Positions 10,386 to 20,411 of a DNA stretch of 64,000 nt are shown here, one piece after another. The notes below the pieces were generated by a model. The model was not told the DNA's origin and searched no databases. It saw only the letters and a program-made list of their open reading frames with translations. A program made the translations under genes and the position numbers. Origin of the DNA: an uncultured Nitrososphaerota archaeon (GTDB taxonomy: Archaea; Thermoproteota; Nitrososphaeria; Nitrososphaerales; Gagatemarchaeaceae); contig CAVRAG010000008.1 in NCBI GenBank assembly GCA_963718895.1, forward strand, positions 1,504,001 through 1,568,000, given 5' to 3'. How positions within the stretch are numbered: position 1 is the first letter of the stretch; every line of letters begins with the position of its first letter.

Positions 10386-10454
10386 TCAAGTGTCACAGAA
10401 TGGAAATCCCATAATAAACATGCGTTGCGCCGCATGACCGAGACAAAGAGAGGC

Positions 10455-10564
10455 TTCTAGTCGTTGATCTGTTGGATGCCGTAAAAAGGCAAGTGCCATG
10501 TATAGGGTTCATTGCGCTTCTGCCGGAGCATTTCAGCCACACGTTGGGCTGCAGTAAGCCGACC
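10455..10564 (+). repeat. Near-complete copy of the cassette-boundary element
   Basis: GATGCCGTAAAAAGGCAAGTGCCATGTATAGGGTTCATTGCGCTTCTGCCGGAGCATTTCAGCCACACGTTGGGCTGCAGTAAGCCGACC. Confidence 0.9.
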
Positions 10565-11521
10565 TCACGCGGGCAGCGGCTCGCCAACGCGCCCCAGCAC
10601 GCGCAGCGCTCTCAGCGTTATCATCTTGCTCGGCTCGCCCACGGCCTCCAATGAGAAGGGTCTGAATCTGTCTTTGTGCTTCGGCCACCAGCCCGGCATC
10701 TTGCCCGCATTCAGGCAGTCCGGGTGCACGGCGTCCATCAGCCACCGGCCGTCCCTTCGCCGCTTCTCCTTCAGCAGGGCCAAGGCGGAGGCGGCCCGCG
10801 AATCGTCTCCCCTCCCGAGCCCGGTGATGAACTCCAGCCCGACGAGGAGGTCGTAATAGTAGTGATAGGGGAAGTGGAGCCTGTACCACGGGTCGTACCG
10901 CGCCCCCTGGTGGAGGAGGCCGCGCTCGAGGTAGAACTCGCAGCCCCTTTCGACCGCCGCCTTCATGCTTCGCGTCCACTTCTGGCGCGGATAGGCGGCG
11001 AAGGCGCTCATCCCCTCCCATCCGTCTATGACGCCGTTCTTCCCCCAGCAGTGCCAGCCGCCGTTGGGCTTCTGGTTCCGCACCAACCACTCGAAGGCGC
11101 GCCTCACTTTCGAGTCGTCGGCGTATCCGAACTTGATCAGCGCTCTCGCCGTATTCCCCACAAGGCAGAGCTCGCTCTTGTTTCCCCCCATGTTGAAGCC
11201 GCCGTCAGGCCTAGCGAACATGTCCCTCCACATCTCCGCCGACTCCGCGAGCCAGGGGAGCTCTCTCGTCACCCCGAGGTCAGAGAGGGTGAGGAGCATC
11301 CAGTTGGTCGAGATGTACTTCGGCCTGTAGAGGTCCTCGCCGTCGACCCAGTAGCCGCCCAGGAGGCGGGTCTTGAGAATGTCCCTGACCCAGCCCCGAG
11401 ACGGTATCGCCCGCCGGGCCTCGCGAAGGTCACGTTCGCTCGACCCGAGGAGGTCCCGCATGACCAGATAGCGGACCGCGGGCTGGTTTTCCTCGGTCAG
11501 CCATTCCATCACGCCCTTCAT
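10565..11521 (-). CDS. Prenyltransferase/squalene-cyclase-repeat-like protein
   Basis: WLVRNQKPNGGW, DGGF and DGRW repeats; FPYHYYYDLL. Confidence 0.7.
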   Translation of the reverse strand: MKGVMEWLTEENQPAVRYLVMRDLLGSSERDLREARRAIPSRGWVRDILKTRLLGGYWVDGEDLYRPKYISTNWMLLTLSDLGVTRELPWLAESAEMWRDMFARPDGGFNMGGNKSELCLVGNTARALIKFGYADDSKVRRAFEWLVRNQKPNGGWHCWGKNGVIDGWEGMSAFAAYPRQKWTRSMKAAVERGCEFYLERGLLHQGARYDPWYRLHFPYHYYYDLLVGLEFITGLGRGDDSRAASALALLKEKRRRDGRWLMDAVHPDCLNAGKMPGWWPKHKDRFRPFSLEAVGEPSKMITLRALRVLGRVGEPLPA

Positions 11522-11649
11522 TGCGGATGATGAGGGGTTCTATTCATATTAAGCCCTTCTTGAGATGGCCAAGAGAATCTGGGGGTCAATTGTGCCTCCG
11601 CCGGGGCAATTTCACGCACATTTTGGGCGGTAAGAGATTGTATGCCCCT

Positions 11650-12249
11650 CTAGCGACGCAAGGAGGTAGCATCCTTCTTCTTCTGGACTATGAAGCCGAC
11701 CGAATGGGCGCTCGTCTCTATTTTGGAGGCGTAGCCCATCTGCTCGAGCAGCGCCCCGACGAACTTCGCCAGGAAGAGGGACCCCTTCGTCCCGAACCTG
11801 TGGAAGAGCGTGATGACCTTCCCCTCAGGGGACTCGGTGATCGAGCACTCGAAGAGGTTCGCGAACTGCGCCAGCATCTGGATGTACTCGACGGTCGTCT
11901 CGAAGGAGACCTGCCCGTACTTCGAGAGGATGATCGACCTGGGCGTGTCGAGAGCAGCGAGCACCGCAGCCTCGGCGATCTTGTCGTCGGGCGCTGACTC
12001 CAGCAGCTTCTCCAGCGCGGCCCCGGTGAGCTTGACGAGGTCCAGCCTCGCGTGGAACCGGTCGAAGTTGGCGAAGGGGAGCAGCTGCTGGTTGACGAGC
12101 GTGTTGACGCTGATGGACCTCTTCGCTGACTCCTCTTCCAGCGCAGCCATGACCGCCTCATCAATCCTGAAGGAGCGGGTCACCGTCTTCCCACGCGCAC
12201 CAAAGACGATCGGCGAGTGGCACTCGGGGCATATCACAGTGCTGGGCAT
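11650..12249 (-). CDS. Hypothetical protein with N-terminal RHH-like segment
   Basis: TRSFRIDE...LEEESAKRSISVNTLVNQ. Confidence 0.65.
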   Translation of the reverse strand: MPSTVICPECHSPIVFGARGKTVTRSFRIDEAVMAALEEESAKRSISVNTLVNQQLLPFANFDRFHARLDLVKLTGAALEKLLESAPDDKIAEAAVLAALDTPRSIILSKYGQVSFETTVEYIQMLAQFANLFECSITESPEGKVITLFHRFGTKGSLFLAKFVGALLEQMGYASKIETSAHSVGFIVQKKKDATSLRR

Positions 12250-12351
12250 GGTCGTCTCCTCTCCCTCCGCGGTTCATATAGGTTACAGGTGGTTATCTTC
12301 GGCACAAAAAATACGTCTTCCGCAAATATCCCCTCACCTTCCGACGCGTCC

Positions 12352-12993
12352 ATGAGTAACGCAACAACGGAGACGGGTCGGAAGAACTGGCTTCCACGTG
12401 AGCCGAGGATGGTCGCTGACATGGAGGCAGTCGAGCAGGCACTCCCCTTCGAGGAGTACGCCAAGGACACGGAGAGGCTGAGCGAGCTGGTCGGACGGCT
12501 CGAGCACCTCTACGACAAGCGGGAGAAAATAATCGATCACATCATCGAGTACGGGACCGGCATCGAGACAGAGAAGGCGCTCAGGATGTACTCGATCCCT
12601 GTCCTGGAGCAGTGGGAGGCCGCGCTGGAGAGCTTCAGGGCGCAGCAGGACCAACACGGCGACACGAGCCTCAGGGCGGACATAGCGATGCTCAGGACGG
12701 AGATCGCCCGATTGAAGGCGGCGCAGACCAAGGCGAACGCCGAAGAGAAGGTCAAACTGCAGGCCAGAATCGACGAGCTCCACGGGAAGCTCCACTCCAA
12801 GCTGGCGGCGACTGGACAGAGGTTGAAAGAACGGGAAGCTACCGCTGCGGCGAAGGCCCGGGGCCTGGAGTCGAAGGCTGCGGAGAAGCGGAGCGAGGCC
12901 AGCGAGGCGGTGAAGGCCCGAATCGCCAGTGTCAAGTCGAGGCGGCAGAAGGAGGATGAGGCGGGTGTGGCCCTTGAAGGTGTGGTAGCATGA
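12352..12993 (+). CDS. Coiled-coil hypothetical protein
   Basis: Ala/Glu/Lys-rich heptads; overlaps the next gene. Confidence 0.6.
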   Translation: MSNATTETGRKNWLPREPRMVADMEAVEQALPFEEYAKDTERLSELVGRLEHLYDKREKIIDHIIEYGTGIETEKALRMYSIPVLEQWEAALESFRAQQDQHGDTSLRADIAMLRTEIARLKAAQTKANAEEKVKLQARIDELHGKLHSKLAATGQRLKEREATAAAKARGLESKAAEKRSEASEAVKARIASVKSRRQKEDEAGVALEGVVA

Positions 12994-13592
12994 GCCTGCT
13001 CAAGCAACCTGGGTGGCTCCGGGGCCTCGAGGTCGGCGCGGGCCTCCTGTCCCTGACGCTCGCGATATCGGTCTTCGTCTTCCCGGCGCTCGGGGTCGCG
13101 ACTCTCGTCTTCCTGCTCGCCGTCGGTCTCATCCTCGTCGGAGCTAGGTCTGTCTCCGTCGCAGGGTACGGCCGCCTCTCCAAGAGCATACGGGCGCTGG
13201 GCGCGATAACCGGGGTCCTCTCCATCGTCCTGGCGGTCTCCGTCATGACATTCCCCGGCCTGGCCCTCTTCAGTCTCATCACGCTGCTGAGCTTGGGCCT
13301 GATCTTCTACGGAATCGGCAGGGTGTCTCTGGCCTACTCGCTGAAGGCGACGTCGACCTGGCTGAGAGTTGCGATAGCGGCGGTCGGAATCCTGGACGTC
13401 ATACTCTCGGTGGCGGTCGTCCTGCTGCCGGGTGTGGCGCTCCTGTCGCTGGCGGTCATCCTCGGCCTGGCGCTGTTCATGACGGGAGTAGAGATGTGCG
13501 TCTCCGGCGCGGTGGGGCGCACCTGGCTGGGTGACGTCGCCAAGGCGGCTCAGGACCTGCAGGCCGCCTCACCCCTCATAGGTTCAGCGTGA
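12990..13592 (+). CDS. HdeD/DUF308-like membrane protein
   Basis: Repeated TM-FP(A/G)L units, about 6 TM helices. Confidence 0.75.
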   Translation: MSLLKQPGWLRGLEVGAGLLSLTLAISVFVFPALGVATLVFLLAVGLILVGARSVSVAGYGRLSKSIRALGAITGVLSIVLAVSVMTFPGLALFSLITLLSLGLIFYGIGRVSLAYSLKATSTWLRVAIAAVGILDVILSVAVVLLPGVALLSLAVILGLALFMTGVEMCVSGAVGRTWLGDVAKAAQDLQAASPLIGSA

Positions 13593-13614
13593 GAGATCCG
13601 TGAGCTGACCGCGA

Positions 13615-14286
13615 TTGAATGACTTGGACTACGGGCGACGGACGTCGACGTTCGCGCCCGGCGAGGTCGGCCAGATTCTGGTAGCCTGGATAGTCCTGTC
13701 ACTGGCCATCTCCGTGAGCTACCTCGGGGGACTCTTCGAAGGGGCGGGTGACGCCGCCGGAATCGCGGCCGCCTTCATCGGGACGGCGACCGCCTTCATC
13801 CTTCACGAGATGGGCCACAAGTTCGTCGCCATGCGGTTCGGCTACGTCGCGCACTTTCAGGTCTGGGCCTGGGGGCTGGCCCTGACGCTCATCACGGCCG
13901 TCGTCTCACAGGGCGCGTTCATGTTCGGTGCCCCGGGGGCGGTCTACATCGCGCCCGCTGTTGCTGGAGGATACTACGCATACGGCCGCCGCTCTGACGT
14001 CCTGAGGAGCCAGGACCGTGAGAACATGCTGATCTCTGCCGCCGGACCCGGCACGAACCTCGCCTTCGCTATCTTGTTTCTGGCCCTCCTCATCTTCGGT
14101 CCCGCGACCGGCTTCGTGCAGACGGTTGCCTCCTATGGGTTCTCCCTGAACGTAGGTCTGGGCGCCTTCAACATGCTGCCGATCCCGCCAATGGACGGCT
14201 ACAAGATATTCAGGGGCAGCATCCCTAGGGCTCTTTTGATAGCACTGCCCCTGTGGGGGATGTTCTTGCTGCTCCTTCTCCCCTGA
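13615..14286 (+). CDS. Site-2 protease (M50) family
   Basis: HEMGH, AAGP, FNMLPIPPMDG. Confidence 0.92.
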   Translation: MNDLDYGRRTSTFAPGEVGQILVAWIVLSLAISVSYLGGLFEGAGDAAGIAAAFIGTATAFILHEMGHKFVAMRFGYVAHFQVWAWGLALTLITAVVSQGAFMFGAPGAVYIAPAVAGGYYAYGRRSDVLRSQDRENMLISAAGPGTNLAFAILFLALLIFGPATGFVQTVASYGFSLNVGLGAFNMLPIPPMDGYKIFRGSIPRALLIALPLWGMFLLLLLP

Positions 14287-14666
14287 AGTTCCTGAGACAT
14301 GGCGAAGTGGGGCGTCCCGCCCTGCTGGGTTCATTGCGCCTCTCCGAGCGATTAAACCTTACCCGGAGATTTCGTTGTAGCATAAGGAAAGGCGCGGAAG
14401 ACCATTCCTAGCTGGAAATCAAGAATAATTCTTGTCATCCCCATGCAACCCTGATATATCGCGGATGGACACGAAAAGGGAACTGGATTGATGTCTAGGT
14501 GCTGAAGAAAAAGTTCTGCCAGGGGCACTCTGACTACTACAAAGAGACCGGATGGCTCTTCGAGGGGGACGACGTGGAGATTGTATCGGTGGAGGAGTGT
14601 CAAGCGAAGATTCATCCCGCACCTCCGGCGACGAAGAAGCAGCGAGACGGGGCGACCAATTAGATC

Positions 14667-14852
14667 GTGTCTCAGCAACAAAGACCTTGCGAGTATCACA
14701 AAAAGGTGCCGTGTGGCAATAGCGGCGAGGCTGTAGACTTTCCGGATGGAGTCCACTATGTCTGCGATCAGGGCATAAAGGAGTGGAACGAGACTCACGT
14801 CAACAAGATCTTTCGCAAGGGATTCTTGTCAAACGCTAGCAGCGAGAAGTAG
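14667..14852 (+). CDS. Small Cys/His-containing hypothetical protein
   Basis: Only plausible ORF in this cassette; CEYH..VPC...HYVC. Confidence 0.35.
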   Translation: MSQQQRPCEYHKKVPCGNSGEAVDFPDGVHYVCDQGIKEWNETHVNKIFRKGFLSNASSEK

Positions 14853-15011
14853 GTGCACGGGAATCTCCAGCTATTTCTTTCTCTTAGCATGCAGGACGAG
14901 TGTAAGCGTCGGTTCCGTTGGTCGTGATTGGAAGAACGTGGCGGTCGCCATAGGCGGCCATTCCACAAGGCTAAAACGTGCCTTGCGCAATCCCCGAAGG
15001 AGGATTACAAC

Positions 15012-15353
15012 ATAGCGGTCGACATCCAGAAGCTGTTCAACGAGGATCTCCCCGCCCAGTTCGCTAAGAACCCTGATCAAGTCAAGGCCATCGGCGGCAA
15101 GTTCCAGCTCAACATCACGGGCGACGGCGGCGAGTGGTTCATCGACGCCTCGGATACCGGCCCCTCCGTCATGCCGGGCCAGGGCCCAGCCGCCGACATC
15201 ACCATGACCATCGCCGCCGAGGACTTTGAGAAGCTCCAGGAGGACCCCCAGACCAACGGCATGGCGCTCTTCAACGAGGGCAAGATGATAATCCAGGGCA
15301 ACGCGATGCTGGGGATGAAGTTAGGCAAACTCTTCACCCTCGGGCCGTCCTAG
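15012..15353 (+). CDS. SCP2 sterol-binding domain protein (apparent ATA start)
   Basis: FQLNITG..GEWFID...ADITMTIAAEDF..L...GMALF..GKMIIQGN; GGAGGA 7 nt upstream of the ATA. Confidence 0.75.
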   Translation: MAVDIQKLFNEDLPAQFAKNPDQVKAIGGKFQLNITGDGGEWFIDASDTGPSVMPGQGPAADITMTIAAEDFEKLQEDPQTNGMALFNEGKMIIQGNAMLGMKLGKLFTLGPS

Positions 15354-15505
15354 CCCGCTCGAGCCAGGCGAGGAGGTTCATTGCGCCTCCGCCGGGGCAT
15401 TTCATCCGCCTGCTGGAGTATTGAACCTGAATCTGGAGCCCAAAGTATGACATTTGGGTCTACATTAAGGTAGACTTATATTCGGGTCCCGTGTTCACTT
15501 GATTC

Positions 15506-15736
15506 ATGTCGGTTGTGAGCGTGAAGGTGCCTCCCAGAGTGAAAGAAGACATGCAGAAGGTGAAGGACAGCGTACAGTGGTCCGAGGAGATAAGGAACTT
15601 CATCATCGACAAACTCGAAGAAGAGAAGAGGAAAGAAGGAATCAGGAAGGCCGAGGAGGTTCTGGGAAAGGTGCGCAGACTTCCCAAAGGCAGCACCGTG
15701 GGACTCGTAAGGGAAGACCGTGACAGTCATCATTGA
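15506..15736 (+). CDS. vapB: VapB-type antitoxin
   Basis: VVSVKVPPRVKE...WSEEIRNFI...VREDRDSH. Confidence 0.85.
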   Translation: MSVVSVKVPPRVKEDMQKVKDSVQWSEEIRNFIIDKLEEEKRKEGIRKAEEVLGKVRRLPKGSTVGLVREDRDSHH

Positions 15737-16124
15737 CGCCTCAGCTCTGGTAGCGTACCTGCTCGAGGAGAGCGGGTTCGAGAAAACCCGGGACCTGCTC
15801 GCTGGGGGCGTCGATGGTCCCGCCCTGCTCCCGGTGGAATCGACAAACGCGATACTCGAGGCCAGCAAGAGCGAGCGGATCAACCGTGCAAGCGCCCGTG
15901 AGGCGGTCGAGGCCATGTTGGGCCTCCTCGAATCCAACATCGAGATTCACGATGAAGGCGACGTTCTTGAGAGCGCGTTCGACATTGCTGCCGACCATGG
16001 CCTGACAATCTACGACTCCGTCTACCTTGCGTTAGCCCAGAAGCTACAAGGATCTATGGCTTCAAGGGATAGAAGGCAGATCGAGGCCGCGAAGAAGCTT
16101 GGAATAGAGACTGTGCAAACCTAG
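15720..16124 (+). CDS. vapC: PIN-domain toxin (VapC family)
   Basis: IIDASAL, LTIYDSVYLALA, SRDRRQ. Confidence 0.9.
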   Translation: MTVIIDASALVAYLLEESGFEKTRDLLAGGVDGPALLPVESTNAILEASKSERINRASAREAVEAMLGLLESNIEIHDEGDVLESAFDIAADHGLTIYDSVYLALAQKLQGSMASRDRRQIEAAKKLGIETVQT

Positions 16125-16215
16125 GTCGGACTTCGCCACGTATAGGGTTCATCGCGCCTCCGCCGGGACATTCCATCCACACGTTGGGCTATGGTAAGTC
16201 GGCCAACCGGAATCG

Positions 16216-16563
16216 TCAATCTTCCTTAATCATCGCTTGTAGCTCCGAAAGAACGAGCTCCATTGTCATCTCACCTGACACCTCCACTCGTCTGCCAAGA
16301 TGTTTGTGATGGGGGAACGAGTCGAGTTCTGGATGATGCGGCGCGTTGTCCCACCGGACCATCATCTTTCTTTGATGAAAGACGTGGAATGAATATCTTC
16401 GCGTCTTACCACCTCCGTGCTCCCAAAAGTCCAGGAGCCAACCGTTAACGAGTTCGGCTCTCACCTTCAACACATAGGCTTCGCCAGCGCTGTCAACCTT
16501 TGAACGAAGGATTCTCTTTGTGATCTTGGAGTCTTGTAGTGTGACGATGTCGCCGACCGGCAC
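16216..16563 (-). CDS. DUF6516/TumE-like putative toxin
   Basis: RYSFH...RWDNAPHHPELDSFPHHKH. Confidence 0.8.
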   Translation of the reverse strand: MPVGDIVTLQDSKITKRILRSKVDSAGEAYVLKVRAELVNGWLLDFWEHGGGKTRRYSFHVFHQRKMMVRWDNAPHHPELDSFPHHKHLGRRVEVSGEMTMELVLSELQAMIKED

Positions 16564-16864
16564 TCACACCGAGCTCTTGGCGACCTTCTTCCACGCCTTC
16601 AGCATGTCTTCCGCTGCCTCCCATTCCATCCACGCATCTTCCTGGGTCGGTGAAGCCTTTCCTTTGATTTTGGTCCCGAGGTCCTCTAAGACTTCCATAC
16701 TTGGATCTGAACCTGTTTACCGTCCTTTCGTAGACTCTTACCTTCTGGAGGGCCATATTCTTGAGTATGTCCCGAACGAAGGCTTCCTCTGATGCATAGA
16801 TCCCAGCTTCCACCAGCGGCCTCGCTATGTGTTCCAACTCTTTGCTGAATTGCTGGGATGTCAT
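16564..16864 (-). pseudogene. Putative antitoxin partner, frameshifted near 16690
   Basis: LVEAGIYASEE...FRSKYG, then EDAWMEWEAA in another frame. Confidence 0.6.
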
Positions 16865-16937
16865 TGCTTCGCGTTAACATTCGGCCGAGATATATCGCTT
16901 TCCAGCTTCAGAAGAGAGCTTTCGCCATGCATAGGGT

Positions 16938-17372
16938 TCATTGCGCCTCCGCCGGGGAATGCTTCGGTATGGGTATGTACACGGCTTCCCGTCCTAGGGC
17001 GTCCTTGATGGTCGAGCCGGTCGTGATGAGTATCGGTGCGGTGGCTTCTCTCGTGGCGAGGGCAAAGCAATCTGCGAGCGAAAGTTCTCTCTTCCTGACC
17101 TTCCAAACGGCCGCCTGTCTTGTGATCTGCTCGTCGGGCGCGACGACCTTAATCCTGGAGCTGCGAACCTGAAGATACCAGACCTCGGCCGTTTCGACCC
17201 CCTTCTTCTCGGCGGTCTTGCAGTAGAACTCGGCGAGGTTCACCTCGGAGACGAAGCCACGTGCCTTTCCTGAAAGGACCCTGTCAAAGTAGGGCTTCAC
17301 AGACGCCGCCCCGGCATAGTAAAGGGAAAGCACCCCCGCGTCCAGCGCGTAGCTACGCGCGCTCAGACTCAA
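16938..17372 (-). CDS. vapC: PIN-domain toxin (VapC family); stop codon lies inside a repeat core
   Basis: YALDAG, VNLAE, LSLADCFALA. Confidence 0.85.
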   Translation of the reverse strand: MSLSARSYALDAGVLSLYYAGAASVKPYFDRVLSGKARGFVSEVNLAEFYCKTAEKKGVETAEVWYLQVRSSRIKVVAPDEQITRQAAVWKVRKRELSLADCFALATREATAPILITTGSTIKDALGREAVYIPIPKHSPAEAQ

Positions 17373-17586
17373 CTTCCTTTCTCCGGTCTCTCGATATCCC
17401 GAGGGCGACCTCCAGCATCTCGTCTCCTCCTGCCCCAAAGCTATCTTCCATCGAGCGGGAGGGCTCGAGAAGAATTCGTCCTCCCTCATCTCTGATTATC
17501 ACGGAGCGGCCGATCTTGAACTTCTTTCTGAGAGGCGCTGGGATGACTACCTGTCCCTTGGAAGACACGGGAACGACCTTTTCCAT
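17353..17586 (-). CDS. AbrB/MazE-type antitoxin
   Basis: VSSKGQVVIPAPLRKKF. Confidence 0.9.
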   Translation of the reverse strand: MEKVVPVSSKGQVVIPAPLRKKFKIGRSVIIRDEGGRILLEPSRSMEDSFGAGGDEMLEVALGISRDRRKEVESERA

Positions 17587-17897
17587 GAAATCCGAGAAAG
17601 TAGCACTTGTTTAAGTGTCTTACTTCCGTAGAGTTTTACTTCTAGAGCGATTTACTTCCTGGGTTCGGTTCGAGAGGGTTCATCGTGCCTCCGCCGATTG
17701 CATCCACACATTGGGCTATAGTGAGTCGACCGGGACAGGGAGCGTTCACTAGCGAGTCGACCCTCCACGGTCCGCGATTCCGCGACTATAGCAGATTCAA
17801 GATAACAGCGAGAGGCGAGCCGAAGTTCGCATCTTTCTTCTTGAACCTGCGCGGCGAACAGATCGACGCGAGGACATGAAACCCTTAAGATAGAATC

Positions 17898-19014
17898 ATG
17901 ACAAGAAAGCCTGTGAAAGCGGCTGTTCTGAACAGGCCTGGAGCGCCGATGGTCATCGAGGAGCTGGCAAGTCCGGTGCCGAGAAGAGGTGAGGTCCTCG
18001 TGAAGGTCAAAGCCTGTGGGGTGTGTCACACCGACCTGCACGTGATGAAGGGCGAGGTGAAGTTTCCATGCCCCGCGGTTCTGGGCCATGAAATCTCCGG
18101 TGTCGTTGAGTCAGTCGGCGAGGGGGTCTACGGTCTGGCCTCTGGCGACAGGGTCCTATGTCCGTTCATAATGCCGTGCGGGGATTGCTTCTTCTGCAAT
18201 CGGGGTGACGATAATCTCTGCGAGCGGTTCTTCTCTCTCAACAGGCTGCAGGGCAGACTCTTTGACGGCGAGACGCGCCTGCACAGGCCGAACGGAGATC
18301 CCGTCTGGATGTACAGCATGGCTGGGTTGGCGGAGTACTCTGTGGTGCCCAGGACGGCCGTCTTCAAGCTTCCCGACGGCCTCCCCAGTGATGAATCCTG
18401 CATTCTGGGTTGCGCGGCGTTCACCTCCTACGGGGCGGTGAAGAACCAGGCCGGCGTCCAGCCCGGGGAGTCCGTGGCGGTCGTCGCCGTGGGCGGGGTG
18501 GGCATGAACGTCGTCCAGCTCTGCAGGTCTCTGGGGGCGAGGCAGATCGATCGCGGTTGACGTGAGAGAGGACAAGCTGGAGATGGCGATGAAGCTGGGA
18601 GCCACCGACGCGATCAATTCGTCGAAGAGCGACCCCGTAGTCGAAGCCAGACGCATCACAGGCGGTCGCGGGGTCGACGCAGTCTTCGAGGCCTTGGGAA
18701 GGCCCGAGACCATCCTTCAGGCAGTCGGCCTCGTCAGGGACGGGGGGAAGGTTGTCCTGATAGGCATCGCGCCGGCCGGTCAGACCGTGGCGCTTGAGAT
18801 AACCCCCCTTGTCCGACGGGGCATACGGATATTTGGATCGTACGGAGCGAAGACCCGGACGGACGTACCCATCCTTCTTGACCTGGCGAAGAACGGTGCA
18901 ATAGACGTGGGGCGGGTCGTCACGAAGAGGTACAGGTTGGAGGAGGTGAACAGCGCCTATCAAGCCCTCGGAAGAGGGGAGATAGTCGGAAGGGCGATCG
19001 TCGTGATGGACTGA
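17898..19014 (+). pseudogene. Zn-dependent alcohol dehydrogenase, frameshifted near 18548
   Basis: GVCHTD, GHE, CGDCFFC..C and GGVG; continues as 18562..19014. Confidence 0.85.
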
Positions 19015-19196
19015 GACGGTGACGGCCGCCTGGGCTTCGCTGATAGTGTGCTTATGGAAGTGTAACATGCGCATGGTTCATCGTGCCTCCGCCGGGGCAT
19101 TTCAAACGGCTGAGCGCCGACGGAATTGGATTCCCAGATAGGTACGTTAGAACATCTCTGCGCTGGTCCTTTTTAGCGTGAATCACGTCGAAGGGT

Positions 19197-19589
19197 ATGT
19201 CCGGGTACAAGTTCCCAACCGTGGATGAGATGATCGAGGTCAACAGACGAGTGCTGGCAGAGATACCGGTCAAGAGGGCGGACAGGCATCAGGTCTTGTC
19301 TCGCATGAAGTTGCAGCTTATCCTTGATGATGCAAAGAAGACGAACGGGGACGTCTACAATCCCGCGACGGAGCTCCTGTTCGGAATCGTGAAAGGACAT
19401 CCTTTTGCAAGCGGCGTCAGGCGGACCGCGGTGACCGTCACCTCAGCGTTCCTGGAGTTGAACGGCGCCGGGACAGAGGTGCCACACGATCCTGATGTGC
19501 TAAAAGGGATCCGTGAGGGTTTTTATAGCAAGAGCGAGATCAAAGAATGGCTGAAGGGTCATGGCATCAGAAAGCTCCCAGGTGATTGA
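19197..19589 (+). CDS. Fic/Doc family protein with degenerate motif
   Basis: HPFASGVRRTA. Confidence 0.8.
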   Translation: MSGYKFPTVDEMIEVNRRVLAEIPVKRADRHQVLSRMKLQLILDDAKKTNGDVYNPATELLFGIVKGHPFASGVRRTAVTVTSAFLELNGAGTEVPHDPDVLKGIREGFYSKSEIKEWLKGHGIRKLPGD

Positions 19590-19665
19590 TTCCGAGTTCC
19601 TTCGCTACTGTGAAGAGTATATAGCGAAGAACCGCGAGTTCCTTCAGCGCGTCGGCAGACTCTGA
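19561..19665 (+). CDS. 34-aa putative Doc antitoxin peptide (not in the ORF track)
   Basis: MASESSQVIDSEFLRYCEEYIAKNREFLQRVGRL*, overlapping the Doc 3' end. Confidence 0.55.
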   Translation: MASESSQVIDSEFLRYCEEYIAKNREFLQRVGRL

Positions 19666-19748
19666 GCCCCGGTGTCTCGTTAGCGACGCGAGGGGAGGGA
19701 CTCTTCCTGAAGTATGGGGTTCATTGTGCCTCCGCTGGAGCATCAGAG

Positions 19749-20264
19749 TCAGGGGCTCAGTGTGAGAGATTCTCTGTTGTTGAACCACTGCATTGTAGGA
19801 GGCTCTATGTCATCCTGCCAGAGAAGCGCTATCATCTCCCCAAGGTGATAGAGCTGCTCGGTGAAGCTCTGGAAGAGGCACTCCTCGACCGTCATGTCGA
19901 AGACCACTCCCGATGAGAGCGTGAACTTGACCACGCGTGAAAGCTCGTTCGAGTCCAAACCACCAAGATAGGACCTGGTCTTGTCTTCGACGCCTGCCAA
20001 GAAGGATTCGACCGAGTCGAACCCTGCGAAATCGCTGAGAGGATGCTTCGTCCTTTCCATCGCCGGTCGGCCCGGGATGACGATGTTGACTATCCAGTAC
20101 TCGTTATCGATCATGTGGAGCAGGATGCCCATGAGGCTGTGGTAGCTCGCTTCCCTGTTTTTTGTAGCCTCATCCCAACCCAGCGAGGTTACCTTTGCGA
20201 GGAACTTCCTCCTCACGCGTGATGAGTATGCGTTGAGCGCTCGGATATCGATCAAGACAGCCAT
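19749..20264 (-). CDS. DinB family protein
   Basis: SLMGILLHMIDNE..W, EQLYHLGEM. Confidence 0.8.
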   Translation of the reverse strand: MAVLIDIRALNAYSSRVRRKFLAKVTSLGWDEATKNREASYHSLMGILLHMIDNEYWIVNIVIPGRPAMERTKHPLSDFAGFDSVESFLAGVEDKTRSYLGGLDSNELSRVVKFTLSSGVVFDMTVEECLFQSFTEQLYHLGEMIALLWQDDIEPPTMQWFNNRESLTLSP

Positions 20265-20411
20265 GCGTGGCGGGAGGAAGAATAAAGCCTCGCGTGGGCG
20301 AGAGATTCTTGAGTGCGCTCTGTGCCTGCATGTGACGCGCCGTGCCAGGGTTCATTGCGCCTCCGCCGCGAACCCCATTCCAATGGTTTCCTGTCCGAAC
20401 GAGGTTTGAGT

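Noticed and set aside
10533-11530. Alternative ORFs overlapping 10565..11521
   Set aside because: Shadow frames of a GC-rich gene with no recognisable motifs.
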